Shown one piece after another: positions 26,372-35,808 of a DNA stretch of 64,000 nucleotides (positions are counted from its first letter, which is position 1; each line of letters starts with the position of its first letter). Both the position numbers and the translations under genes were made by a program. Below the pieces are notes generated by a model. It was not told the DNA's origin, did not search any database, and saw only the letters and a program-made list of their open reading frames with translations. The stretch comes from a bacterium. GTDB taxonomy: Bacteria; UBA8248. Location: assembly GCA_965199855.1 (NCBI GenBank), contig OZ241326.1, positions 2,211,908-2,275,907 on the forward strand. Direction: 5' to 3'.

Positions 26372-27690
26372 GGCGCGAGCGCCCCCCGCGCGGAGATTCG
26401 GAGCTCCCCGTCGAGCCGGCTCATCCGCACCTCTCCGCCGACGACGGCGGCCGCGGCGCAGCCCCTGAGCCTCCAGCCCGCGAAGGGCGTGTTCCTGCCG
26501 CGGCTCTCGAAGGCGTCCGGCTCCACGACCACCTCGCGCGCGGGGTCGAGCAGGGTCGCGTCCCCGGGCGCGCCCTCCCGCAGGGTGCCGTAGGGCAGGC
26601 CCAGCGCCTCGCAGGGCCCGGTGGTGAACTTCGCTATCATCTCGGCGAGGGTGAGCGCGCCCGCGCCCACCAGCCTGTCCAGGGCGAGGGAGACGGCCGT
26701 CTCCAGCCCCACGACGCCGAACGGCACGGCGTCGAACTCCCGCTGGGTCTCCGCCTCGTAGTGCGGGGCGTGGTCGGAGGCGATGACGGAGATGGTCCCG
26801 TCCTTCAGGCCCTCCAGGAGCGCGCGCCTGTCCTCCTCGCCGCGGAGCGGAGGCGCCATCTTCGCGGAGGAGTCGAACCCGCGCGTCGCCTCGTCCGTGA
26901 GGGAGAAGTGGTGCGGCGTCGCCTCGCCCGTCACCCGGAGGCCGCGCGCCCGCGCCCGGCGAACCATGTCCACCGCGCCGGCGGAGGAGAGATGCAGGAG
27001 GTGGAGCTTGCCCCCCGTCAGCTCCGCCAGCCGGATGTCCCGATAGACGCAGATGTCCTCGCTCGCCGCCGGGTTTCCGGCCAGGCCGAGCATGGTGGAC
27101 ACCGCGCCCTCGTTCATCACCCGGCCGGCCGAAAGCGAGGCGTCCTCCGCGTGGTCGAGCACGCTCACCCCCAGCATTCCGGCGTATTCGAGCGCGGAGC
27201 GCATGAGCGCGGCCGTCCGCACCGGCACGCCGTCGTCGCTGAAGGCCACCGCGCCGGCCTCCACCTGCTCGGCCATCTCGCTCAGCGCCTCTCCCTCCAG
27301 CCCCACCGAAACCGAGCCGACGGGAAACACGCGGCACGCCCCCACCTCGCGCGCGCGCTTGAGGATGCGCTCGGTGATCGAACTCGTGTCGTTCACCGGG
27401 TCGGTGTTCGCCATGCACGCCACGCCGGTGAAGCCGCCGGCGGCCGCGGCGCGGGTGCCGCTTTCGATGTCCTCCTTGTATTCCTGCCCCGGCTCGCGGA
27501 AGTGGACGTGCATGTCGATGAAGCCGGGCGCCACGACGAGGCCCGCGGCGTCGAGCACCTCGTCCCCCTCGCGCGGGGCGATGCTCCTCTCCCTGCGCGC
27601 GACCCTGCCCTCCTCTATCAGGAGGTCGCTCTCCTCATCGACACCCTGGGAGGGATCGACGACGCGCCCGCCCTTAATGAGCAACGGCAT
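26368..27690 (-). CDS. pyrC: Dihydroorotase (multimeric DHOase type).
   Basis: 440 aa from MPLLIKGGRVVDPSQG… Metal-binding motifs (DMHVHFREPG…; ASDHAPH). The ORF track's upstream 119 codons are read-through. Confidence 0.85.
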   Translation of the reverse strand: MPLLIKGGRVVDPSQGVDEESDLLIEEGRVARRERSIAPREGDEVLDAAGLVVAPGFIDMHVHFREPGQEYKEDIESGTRAAAAGGFTGVACMANTDPVNDTSSITERILKRAREVGACRVFPVGSVSVGLEGEALSEMAEQVEAGAVAFSDDGVPVRTAALMRSALEYAGMLGVSVLDHAEDASLSAGRVMNEGAVSTMLGLAGNPAASEDICVYRDIRLAELTGGKLHLLHLSSAGAVDMVRRARARGLRVTGEATPHHFSLTDEATRGFDSSAKMAPPLRGEEDRRALLEGLKDGTISVIASDHAPHYEAETQREFDAVPFGVVGLETAVSLALDRLVGAGALTLAEMIAKFTTGPCEALGLPYGTLREGAPGDATLLDPAREVVVEPDAFESRGRNTPFAGWRLRGCAAAAVVGGEVRMSRLDGELRISARGALAP

Positions 27691-28693
27691 CCCGCGCCCC
27701 CCTTCGCGCCCTCTCCGGGGCGGCGTCCGCCTCCCCATCCGGCTCCGCCTCCTCCCGCTCCTCCTCCCTCCTGCCCGAGAGGAGATAGAGAATCGCCATG
27801 CGGCAGGCGACCCCGTATTCGACCTGCTCCAGAATGACGGAGAAGGGGCCGTCGGCCACGTCGGGAGCCATCTCCACCCCCCGGTTGATCGGCCCCGGGT
27901 GCATGATGAGCAGGTCCCGCCCGGCGTCCCGCAGCTTCTTCCTGGTGATCCCGTAGGAGCTGGCGTATTCGCGCTCGCTGGGAAAGGCGCCGCCGGCACC
28001 CCTCTCCAGCTGGATTCTGAGGGCGATGAGGACGTCCGCCCCGTCAATCGCCTCGTCGATCCGCGTCGTCGCGCGCGCGCCCAGGCATTCGACCTCGGCC
28101 GGCAGCATCGTGGAGGGGCCGCAGAAGGTGACCTCGGCGCCGAGCTTCAGGAGGCCGGCCGCGTTCGAGCGCGCCACGCGGCTGCGCGCGATGTCTCCCA
28201 CGATGGAGACGCGGAGCCCCTCGAACTTCTCCTTGTGCGCCCGGATGGTGTAGAGGTCGAGGAGCGCCTGGGTGGGATGCTCGTGGCAGCCGTCGCCCGC
28301 GTTCACGACGGCGCACCCGAGTTCGCGGCCCAGATAGGCGGGCGCGCCGGACGCCCAATGCCGCACGACGAGGACGTCCGTGGCCATCGCCTCGATGTTT
28401 CTCGCCGTGTCCCGCAGGGTCTCCCCCTTGCTCGCCGAGCTCGCGGCGACGGAGAGGTTGATGACGTCCGCCGAGAGGCGCTTGCCGGCGATCTCGAAGG
28501 AGGCGCGCGTCCTCGTGCTGTTCTCGAAGAACAGGTTGACGATCGTCTTGCCCCGCAGGGTGGGAACCTTCTTGACGGCGCGCTCGTTGATCTCGCGGAA
28601 GGAATCCGTCTGGTCGAGGAGAAACAATATCTCCCCGGGCTCGAGCTCCCGAATCGAGAGCAGATCCTTTCTCCGGTACGGCTCCGTTTTCAT
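27674..28693 (-). CDS. pyrB: Aspartate carbamoyltransferase catalytic subunit.
   Basis: 339 aa from MKTEPYRRKDLLSIREL… STRTR carbamoyl-phosphate site, HPTQ, and an HPGP…INRG Asp-binding half. Confidence 0.9.
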   Translation of the reverse strand: MKTEPYRRKDLLSIRELEPGEILFLLDQTDSFREINERAVKKVPTLRGKTIVNLFFENSTRTRASFEIAGKRLSADVINLSVAASSASKGETLRDTARNIEAMATDVLVVRHWASGAPAYLGRELGCAVVNAGDGCHEHPTQALLDLYTIRAHKEKFEGLRVSIVGDIARSRVARSNAAGLLKLGAEVTFCGPSTMLPAEVECLGARATTRIDEAIDGADVLIALRIQLERGAGGAFPSEREYASSYGITRKKLRDAGRDLLIMHPGPINRGVEMAPDVADGPFSVILEQVEYGVACRMAILYLLSGRREEEREEAEPDGEADAAPERARRGARDAVAH

Positions 28694-28715
28694 GGCGTCT
28701 CCCCCGCGGGCGTTT

Positions 28716-29252
28716 TCATTCCGGCTGCCGGAATCGCTTGAAGACGGCGTCCTCGCCGTCGGTCTCCTCAAGATGCACCCGCACCTCCTCGCCCCGCGCC
28801 GCCTCGACGTTCCTGCCGACGAAATCGGCGCGAATCGGCAGTTCGCGCCCCCCCCTGTCCACCAGAATCGCGAGCCGCGCCCTGCGGGGCCGGCCGAAGC
28901 TGACCAGCGCCGCCAGGGCGGCGCGCGCCGTCCGCCCCGTGCAGAGCACGTCGTCGACGAGAATCACGTCCTTCCCCTCGCAGGAGAAGGGAAGCTCCGT
29001 CTTCTTGAGCTTCGTCCGCGCGCCGCCGCCCCGGTTCAGGTCGTCCCGATAGAGGGTGACGTCGAGCGCGCCCACCGGCGGGCGCGAACCCGCCAGCGCG
29101 CGCAGCTCCCCGGCCAGCCTCTCGGCGAGCGGCGCGCCCCTCGTGCGGATGCCGATGAGCGCGAGCGCCGGCAGCTCCGCCGTCTGCTCGAGAATCTCGT
29201 GCGCGAGGCGCCTCAGCGTCCGCCTCAGCTGCCCGCCGTCGAGCTGCTTCAT
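28716..29252 (-). CDS. pyrR: Bifunctional pyrimidine operon regulator / uracil phosphoribosyltransferase PyrR.
   Basis: 178 aa from MKQLDGGQLRRTL… PRTase motif VILVDDVLCTGRTARAA; B. subtilis PyrR-like overall. It is the first gene of the pyrR-pyrB-pyrC-carA-carB operon. Confidence 0.85.
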   Translation of the reverse strand: MKQLDGGQLRRTLRRLAHEILEQTAELPALALIGIRTRGAPLAERLAGELRALAGSRPPVGALDVTLYRDDLNRGGGARTKLKKTELPFSCEGKDVILVDDVLCTGRTARAALAALVSFGRPRRARLAILVDRGGRELPIRADFVGRNVEAARGEEVRVHLEETDGEDAVFKRFRQPE

Positions 29253-29290
29253 CTTCGGGGCGAAGGCCGCCGGCCTGCCGGCCGCGCGCG

Positions 29291-29324
29291 AAAAAAAACG
29301 CCACGCCCCGGGGGGCATGGCGTT
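29291..29324 (-). terminator. Intrinsic terminator / attenuator hairpin in the pyrR 5' leader (about 40 nt upstream of the pyrR start).
   Basis: RNA-sense (minus strand) AACGCCAUGCCCCCCGGGGCGUGGCG followed by UUUUUUUU. It forms an ~10-bp GC-rich stem (one G-U pair) plus an 8-U tract. Confidence 0.65.
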
Positions 29325-29369
29325 CGGACGATGAGCGAAAAGACACCGGGCATCCGCGCTTCCTCCTTC

Positions 29370-29383
29370 GCCGCCTCACGGGA
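29370..29383 (-). promoter_or_regulatory. Candidate PyrR-binding loop (PyrR RNA element) in the pyr operon leader.
   Basis: RNA sense GUCCCGUGAGGCGG matches the PyrR binding-loop core consensus UCCNGNGAGGYU. It lies ~50 nt upstream of the attenuator hairpin, the arrangement of Bacillus-type pyr attenuation. Confidence 0.5.
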
Positions 29384-29487
29384 CGGCATTAAAGGGGAAT
29401 CCCACGCTGTTCTCGTTCGGCGGCGGGCGCGCCGAGACTATTTGGCCGAACCTAGCAGTATTCTCCGCCGGGGGCAAGCGGAATTCC

Positions 29488-29802
29488 TTACGCGCGCTTC
29501 AGAAAATCCATCGCCTCGCCCGAAGCCTCCCCGCGCGCGTCCGCCGGGGGGGCGGATTCCTCCAGAATCTCGAACAGGGCGGCGGCTTCTTTCTTCGACA
29601 TCCGGCGTCCGGCCTCGCCCAGCACCCGAACGCGCAGCGTCCTGCTTTCGAGCCGCACCCTCAGCACGTCCCCGACCTCGACCCGCGAGGAGGCTTTCGC
29701 CGCCCTTCCGTCGATGAGAACGGCGCCCTCATCCACGAGGCTCCTGGCCGCCGAGCGCCGCTTCACCAGGCGGCTGTCGCGCAAAAAGCGATCCAGGCGC
29801 AT
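29488..29802 (-). CDS. S4-domain RNA-binding protein (Hsp15/RqcP-like).
   Basis: 104 aa. MRLDRFLRDSRLVKRRSAARSLVDEGAVLIDGRAAKASSRV is a canonical S4 motif. Confidence 0.6.
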   Translation of the reverse strand: MRLDRFLRDSRLVKRRSAARSLVDEGAVLIDGRAAKASSRVEVGDVLRVRLESRTLRVRVLGEAGRRMSKKEAAALFEILEESAPPADARGEASGEAMDFLKRA

Positions 29803-29811
29803 CGCGCGCCG

Positions 29812-31290
29812 TCACCGGGAGATTGCTTTCGGGTCCGCCGAGATGCTGCGCGTCCTCTCCACCTCCGCCTCGAACTCGAACCGCGCGGAGCCGGTGTCCG
29901 TGCCGAACGCGAGATTCCTCTTTCCCTCGCCGTCGGCCCGCAGCGAGAACGCTTTGATGACGTCCGCGAAGCTTATCTTCCCCATATACGTGTTCGGCAG
30001 CAGGTAGCTGTGCCGGAACAGGTAGAGATTCGCGGCGGGGCTGGGGTTGACGAACAGCCGGTGCTTCGCGCCCAGCGCGTCGATGGCGTCCTTGTCCAGG
30101 CTGAGGGCGCGGCCCACGGTCAGCCTGTCGGACCGCCAGCGCGGGCTTTTCCGGTTCGAGCCATACGCCCAGAAAATCCTGCCCTGACCGAGAAGGGCCC
30201 CGCCCTTCGCCTCGGCGAGGGTGATTCCGACCAGACGGAAGGATATCTGCTCGCGCACGTCCCGGAAAAGGGAGGCGAGCCCGCCGCTCGCCGCGCCGGG
30301 GTCGTAGTTGATTTCCAGAAAGGCGCCCCGCCTGAGATCCGCCACCCACTCGCGGCGGCGCTTCGTGAATTTCTCGCCGAAAATCTTGCCGCGGATTTCG
30401 CCCGCCACGCGATCCAGGGTGACCGGCCGCCCCGGATTCACCTTCTCGACGCGGATGACGTGATAGCCGACCCTCGTTCTCGTGGGCCGGCTCGTCCCGC
30501 CCTCCTCCGTCGAGAAGACGAGCTGCTCCAGTTCCGGGAAAACCTCGCCCTTCTTCAGGGCGCCCAGCAGCCCGCCCCGGCTCGCGGCGGGGCCCTCGGA
30601 GGCCTTCCGCGCCACTTCGGCGAAATCCGCGCCGGGCGCGGCGGCCCGCTCGTAGGCGCGCTGCGCCTTCGCGCGCTGCGCCTCCGCGTCGGCGGCGGAG
30701 GCCCCCTCGGCGAGAGGAAAGAAAATCTGGCGCGCCACCCGGGTCTCGCCCTCGCGGTAGTCCTCCGAATGGGCGGCGTAGTAGTCCGCGACTTCCTGCT
30801 CGCCCACGGAGACGCGCGAGCCGACCTCCATGCGCTCCACCTTGCGCGCCAGCATCCTCCTGCGCATCTCCTCGCGGTATTTCTCGAACGACGTCCCCCG
30901 CGTCGAGAGGTAGCGGCGCAGCTGGGCGGTCGTCATCTTGTTCTTGCGGAGCATGTCCGCGATGGCGCTCTCGAGCTCCTTCTCATCGACCTCCGCGCGG
31001 ATGGCGGCGGCGCGCGCCAGGATGAGCTTGTTCTCCACCATGGCGTCGAGCGCCCGGAGCTCCAGTTCGCGGACGCGGCGGTTCAGCTCCTCTCCCTTGT
31101 AGGCTTTCTTCAGCTTGTCGGCGTTCGGCTTGACCAGATCCTGAAGCTCGGACAGCGTGATGATCTCGTCGTTCACCTTGGCGATGATCCTCTCGATCGT
31201 CACCAGCGCCGGCATCGCCGGCGCTGGCGCTCCCGCGAGAGCGCACATCGCCATCCCCAGAATCCGGAGCCGCCTAGCCCGATGCGCCAT
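29812..31290 (-). CDS. SurA-like periplasmic chaperone / parvulin PPIase with a long C-terminal extension.
   Basis: 492 aa. Signal peptide, SurA N-terminal-like helical region, and a parvulin domain (…VARQIFF…GGLLGALKKGEVFPELEQLVFS…VGYHVIRVEKV). Confidence 0.7.
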   Translation of the reverse strand: MAHRARRLRILGMAMCALAGAPAPAMPALVTIERIIAKVNDEIITLSELQDLVKPNADKLKKAYKGEELNRRVRELELRALDAMVENKLILARAAAIRAEVDEKELESAIADMLRKNKMTTAQLRRYLSTRGTSFEKYREEMRRRMLARKVERMEVGSRVSVGEQEVADYYAAHSEDYREGETRVARQIFFPLAEGASAADAEAQRAKAQRAYERAAAPGADFAEVARKASEGPAASRGGLLGALKKGEVFPELEQLVFSTEEGGTSRPTRTRVGYHVIRVEKVNPGRPVTLDRVAGEIRGKIFGEKFTKRRREWVADLRRGAFLEINYDPGAASGGLASLFRDVREQISFRLVGITLAEAKGGALLGQGRIFWAYGSNRKSPRWRSDRLTVGRALSLDKDAIDALGAKHRLFVNPSPAANLYLFRHSYLLPNTYMGKISFADVIKAFSLRADGEGKRNLAFGTDTGSARFEFEAEVERTRSISADPKAISR

Positions 31291-32260
31291 TTTCGAGATT
31301 TTCCCAATGATATTGAACGTTCGCGCTTCGCCTCAGTTTCCCGATCCAGTCCTTGAGCCTCTCCCTGCCCTTCTCGGCCAGCAGCCGCTTCCGGATATCC
31401 TCGCGCGCGGACGCCAGCGTCCGCAAGCTCGGCAGCCTTCTCTCCGAAACCTCCAGCAGGTGGAAGCCCAGGGGACTCTTGAATACCCGGCTCGTCCCGC
31501 CCTGCTTCAGGGACTTCACCACGCTTTCGATGTTCTCGGGCAACTCCCCTCTCTCAAAATACCCCAAATCGCCGCCCGCGTCACGCCCGGGGCCGCGGGA
31601 ATGCCTTCGCGCGAGAGAGGCGAACGACTCGCCATCCAGAATCCGCTTCCTCAATTCGGAAGCCACCTTGCGCGAGCCGACGATGATCTGGCGGATCCGC
31701 CAGCGCCGCCCGACCCGGAATTCCTCCCTGTTCCGCTCGTAGTAGGCCGCTATCTCGGCCTCGGAGACGCTCAGGCCGGAATACACCTCTCTCTCCAGGA
31801 GCTGCTCGATCTCCAGCGTCTCGCGCATGGCCCTGAGCCACCGCTCCCTGTCGATTCCCTCCTCCTTCATCACCGCGTCCAGGTTCCGGCCGCCATACTG
31901 GCGGCGAACGAACTCGACGAAGCGCTCCACTTTGCCCTCGCTCACGTATTCGCCCGTCTCCCGGAAGCGCTGAAGCAGAAGGCGCTTCTCCACGAGCTGC
32001 TCCACCGGGACCCTGGCGGCGGAGCCTCCGGCCGCGCCCGCGCGCCCGCCCCGCGCCATCAGGTGCGCGCGCACGTCCGCCCTGGTGATCGGCTCGCCGT
32101 TCACCTCCGCGACCAGCTCGCCCCCGCTCCCCGTCCGAAGCGGGGAGTCGCACCCGGCCAGCGCGAGCGGCGCCGCCAGGCAGAGGCGCGCCGCCCAGGC
32201 GCCGCCGCGCGAAAGCAGGCGCCGCGCGGCGATCCCGCCTTTCGATGACGCGATCCTCAT
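31274..32260 (-). CDS. Parvulin-type peptidyl-prolyl isomerase lipoprotein (PrsA/SurA-like).
   Basis: 328 aa. Lipobox LALAGC. Parvulin domain (…IRQIIVGS…GGDLGYFERGELPENIESVVKSLKQGGTSRVFKSPLGFHLLEV). Confidence 0.7.
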   Translation of the reverse strand: MRIASSKGGIAARRLLSRGGAWAARLCLAAPLALAGCDSPLRTGSGGELVAEVNGEPITRADVRAHLMARGGRAGAAGGSAARVPVEQLVEKRLLLQRFRETGEYVSEGKVERFVEFVRRQYGGRNLDAVMKEEGIDRERWLRAMRETLEIEQLLEREVYSGLSVSEAEIAAYYERNREEFRVGRRWRIRQIIVGSRKVASELRKRILDGESFASLARRHSRGPGRDAGGDLGYFERGELPENIESVVKSLKQGGTSRVFKSPLGFHLLEVSERRLPSLRTLASAREDIRKRLLAEKGRERLKDWIGKLRRSANVQYHWENLENGASG

Positions 32261-35200
32261 GCCTCCTCCGCCGCCAATTCCTCCCCGGAGACCCTGCGCA
32301 TCTCCAAAGCATCCATGACCTGGACGAGAAAGTCAAAATCCTCCGCCCAGCGCCCCCGGACGCCCGCGCGGAAGGCGCGCGCGTCGATGGGCTCCACCCC
32401 CGGCGCGTCCAGGAAGGCGGCCGCCAGCTCGTAGTCTCCCGGAAAAACCTCGAAGCGCGCCTCCTTCCCGCGCACGTGGATCGCCTTGATTCCGCAAAGG
32501 CGGGCGCGCAGGCGGATTTCCCCCAGCTGCAGGAGGTGGAGGGCGCGCGCGGGCAGCTCGCCGAACTTGTCCCGCAGCTCGACCGCCAGCTCCCGCAGCT
32601 CGCCCGGCGCTCGCGCGGACGCGATTCTCCGATAGACCTCCAGGCGCTCGGCCCGCGCCGGAATCCACGAGGAAGGCAGCGCGCCCGCCACCGGCGCGAC
32701 GACGTCGGGCTCGAGGCGCTCGACGGCCTCGCCCTTCGTCTCCTGAACGACCTCCTCCAGCAGCCGGCAATACATGTCGAACCCCACGGCCGAGATTTGC
32801 CCCGACTGCCGATGCCCCAGCAGATGCCCGGCGCCGCGAATCTCCAGATCGCGCATGGCGAGCCTGAAGCCGCCCCCCAGCTCGCTCAGCTCCTCGAGCG
32901 CGCGCAGCCGCTCCTTCGCCCGCCTCGTCAGGGATTCCGCCGCCGAGACCAGCAGATAGGCGTGCGCCTGGAACCTGTCGCGCCCCACCCGGCCGCGCAG
33001 CTGGTAGAGCTGCGCCATGCCGAAGGTGTCCGCCCGGTTGATCATGATGGTGTTCACCGAGGGAATGTCGAGGCCGCTCTCGATGATCGTCGTGCAGAGC
33101 AGGACGTCGGCCCGGCGGGTGACGAACCGCTCCATCACCTCCTCGAGCTCCTTTTCCTTCATCTGTCCGTGCCCCACCAGAATGCGCGCGTCCGGCAGAA
33201 GCCTCGCCAGAAGCCTGCGCATGGCGGGCAGGCTGGTCACCCGGTTGTGCACGAAAAACGCCTGGCCGCCGCGGTCGATCTCCTTCGTGATGGCCTCCCG
33301 TATCAGCTTCTCGCTGAAGCGCGAGATGTAGGTGCGCGGCGCGACCCTGTGGAGCGGGGGCGTTTCGATGACGCTCAGGTCCCGCGCGCCGGAAAGCGCC
33401 ATCTGCATGGTTCGGGGAATGGGCGTCGCGGTCAGGGTGAGAACGTCCACGGCCACGCGGAGCTTCTTGAGCTTCTCCTTGTGGGAGACGCCGAAGCGGT
33501 GCTCCTCGTCGACGATCAGCAGCCCCAGGTCGCGGAACGCCACGTCCTTCTGCAGGAGGCGGTGGGTGCCGATGACGATGTCCACGCTTCCATGGGCGAG
33601 GCCCTCCGCCACCTCCTTCTGCTCCTTCCGGCTCCGGAAGCGCGAGAGCGTCTCCACGCGGACGGGCAGCGGCTCGAAGCGCTTCCCGAAGGTTTCGCGG
33701 TGCTGATGCGCCAGCAGCGTCGTCGGCACGACGACGGCGACCTGCTTGCCCGCCGAAACCGCCCGGGCGGCGGCGCGGAGCGCCACCTCCGTCTTCCCGT
33801 AGCCCACGTCCCCGCAAACGAGGCGATCCATCGGCCGGGCGCGCTCCATGTCCTCGAGCACGTCGCGAATCGCCTGATCCTGATCCGGCGTCTCCTCGAA
33901 CTCGAAGCCGGCGGATATTTCCCGGTCGAACGCCCCCTCCCCCGAAAAGGCGTGCCCCCGGGCGGCGCTTCGCTCGGAGTAGAGGCGCACCAGGTCGCGC
34001 GCGATGCCCCGGAGCGACTTCTTGACGCTGTTCTTCGTCCTGCCCCAGCGGGTTCCCCCCAGCCTGTCCAGAGGCGGAGCGGCGCCCGCCCCGTGATACT
34101 TGTGGATGCGCTCCACGTCGTCCATCGGCACGTAGAGCCTGTCGCCGCCCGCGTATTGCAGGGTGAGAAACTCATCCTCCCCGTCCCGGTGCTCGATCAC
34201 GCGCGTGCCCACGTAGCGCCCCACGCCGTGCTCCGCGTGCACCACCAGGTCGTTCTCGCTCAAGTCCCTGAAGCCCTCGCCGGGCCTCAAGCGGGGCGCG
34301 CTGCGGGCGCTCCCCCCCGGGGCGCCGGCCAGCAAATCCTCCGCGCGGAAGAACACCCTCCCCTCGTCGGGCAGCCGGAAGCTGGCGCCGAGCCTGCCCT
34401 CGACCAGGGCGGCGTCGCGGCGCTCGTCCAGCAGCGGGGCGCCCCTGGGCAGAATCTCCACGCCCAGCTCGTGTTCGCGCAGGAGCGTCCGGACTCTCAG
34501 GGCGAGGGTCTTCTCCCCGGCCGCGATGACGACGCTTTCGTCCCGCTCGCGCCACGCGCGCAACTGCCGGACGAACGCCTCCACGCGCCCCCGGAAGGGA
34601 TTGATGATTTCCGCGGAAAAAGTCTCGCCCGCCTCCGGCGCCTCCTCCCCGCCGCCGGAGTCCAGCCCCAGGGAGTCGAACGCGAGGCGCGGCCAGATGG
34701 AGAGCTCCTCCCGAACCTCCTCCGGCCCGAGCCACAGGAGGCCCGGCTCGAAGGAGACGAGGCCCCGCTCGGGCGCGAGCCGCAGCTCCTCGTTCACCTC
34801 CTCCCACAGGCGCTCCACCGCCTCGTTCAGGCTTTCCGGCTCGTTCAGAACCCACAGCGCGTCGCCGGGCGCGGCGTCGAACAGCGTGCTCATCTCGGCG
34901 AGAAACATCGGCGCGAGGCCCTCGATGCCCGAAAAGCGCCCCTCCGCCTCCAGGTGATCGAGGAGGCGCTCTACCCTCGCGCCCGTCCCGGCGCCGGCGG
35001 CCTCCATGAGCGCGCGGCGGCCGTCTTCGAGCTCCTCCGGCGAGAGAACGATCTCCCGGGCGGGGAAAGCCTCGACGCTCCGCCGCGTGTTCAGGTTGCG
35101 CTGCGTCTGGGGATGGAAATCCCGCAGGGAGTCGAGCTCGTCGCCGCGAAACTCCAGGCGCGTCGGCCAGGCGCTCTGGGGGGAGAAGAAATCCAGAATG

Positions 35201-35727
35201 CCGCCCCTCACCGCGTATTCGCCGGGAGATTCCACGACCGATCTTCTCAGATACGTCAGCGACTCGAGCGAGCCGATGAACCCGTCGCGATCCAGCTCCA
35301 TCCCCTCGCGCAGGGGAATCACGGCGGCGTCCAGCCGGGCGGGCGGAGGGATGCGCGTCGCCATCGCGGCGGCCGTCGTCAGGACGACGCCCCGCCCCCC
35401 GCCGCGCAGAAGCCGCAACGCGGCCATCCTCGCGCCGACGACCTCGCTGGAGGGCGACAGCCTCGAAAACGGATACGCATCCCACGCCGGGAAGCTCGCC
35501 GCCGGCAGGCCGGGCGCGCCCGGGTCGCCCACGAACAGCCTCATGCCCGCCTCTATCGTCTTGAGGCGGCGCGCGTCCTCCTCCACGAAAACGACGGGGC
35601 CCTCGCGCTCGCGCGCGATTCCCGCCAGCCACCAGGCGATGGCCGCCCCGTTCGCCCCCCGCAGGCGAACGCGCTTCTCCCCCTCGAACGCCCACCGAGA
35701 GGCCGGGGGCTTATCCGCCACGCGCAT
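32257..35727 (-). CDS. mfd: Transcription-repair coupling factor Mfd.
   Basis: 1156 aa. UvrB-homology N-terminus, RNAP-interacting domain, superfamily-2 translocase motifs (LVCGDVGYGKTEVA; DEEHRFGV; TATPIPRT) and a TRG motif. Confidence 0.95.
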   Translation of the reverse strand: MRVADKPPASRWAFEGEKRVRLRGANGAAIAWWLAGIAREREGPVVFVEEDARRLKTIEAGMRLFVGDPGAPGLPAASFPAWDAYPFSRLSPSSEVVGARMAALRLLRGGGRGVVLTTAAAMATRIPPPARLDAAVIPLREGMELDRDGFIGSLESLTYLRRSVVESPGEYAVRGGILDFFSPQSAWPTRLEFRGDELDSLRDFHPQTQRNLNTRRSVEAFPAREIVLSPEELEDGRRALMEAAGAGTGARVERLLDHLEAEGRFSGIEGLAPMFLAEMSTLFDAAPGDALWVLNEPESLNEAVERLWEEVNEELRLAPERGLVSFEPGLLWLGPEEVREELSIWPRLAFDSLGLDSGGGEEAPEAGETFSAEIINPFRGRVEAFVRQLRAWRERDESVVIAAGEKTLALRVRTLLREHELGVEILPRGAPLLDERRDAALVEGRLGASFRLPDEGRVFFRAEDLLAGAPGGSARSAPRLRPGEGFRDLSENDLVVHAEHGVGRYVGTRVIEHRDGEDEFLTLQYAGGDRLYVPMDDVERIHKYHGAGAAPPLDRLGGTRWGRTKNSVKKSLRGIARDLVRLYSERSAARGHAFSGEGAFDREISAGFEFEETPDQDQAIRDVLEDMERARPMDRLVCGDVGYGKTEVALRAAARAVSAGKQVAVVVPTTLLAHQHRETFGKRFEPLPVRVETLSRFRSRKEQKEVAEGLAHGSVDIVIGTHRLLQKDVAFRDLGLLIVDEEHRFGVSHKEKLKKLRVAVDVLTLTATPIPRTMQMALSGARDLSVIETPPLHRVAPRTYISRFSEKLIREAITKEIDRGGQAFFVHNRVTSLPAMRRLLARLLPDARILVGHGQMKEKELEEVMERFVTRRADVLLCTTIIESGLDIPSVNTIMINRADTFGMAQLYQLRGRVGRDRFQAHAYLLVSAAESLTRRAKERLRALEELSELGGGFRLAMRDLEIRGAGHLLGHRQSGQISAVGFDMYCRLLEEVVQETKGEAVERLEPDVVAPVAGALPSSWIPARAERLEVYRRIASARAPGELRELAVELRDKFGELPARALHLLQLGEIRLRARLCGIKAIHVRGKEARFEVFPGDYELAAAFLDAPGVEPIDARAFRAGVRGRWAEDFDFLVQVMDALEMRRVSGEELAAEEA

Positions 35728-35808
35728 TTTCGGATTCGGCGCGGCGGCGCGCGGGAAGAGAGAGCGGGCGGATCGTTTCTGGCGGCATGAAAATTTCCCG
35801 GAACCGGC

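Noticed and set aside
32245-35790. 1181-aa plus-strand ORF.
   Set aside because: Antisense to mfd.
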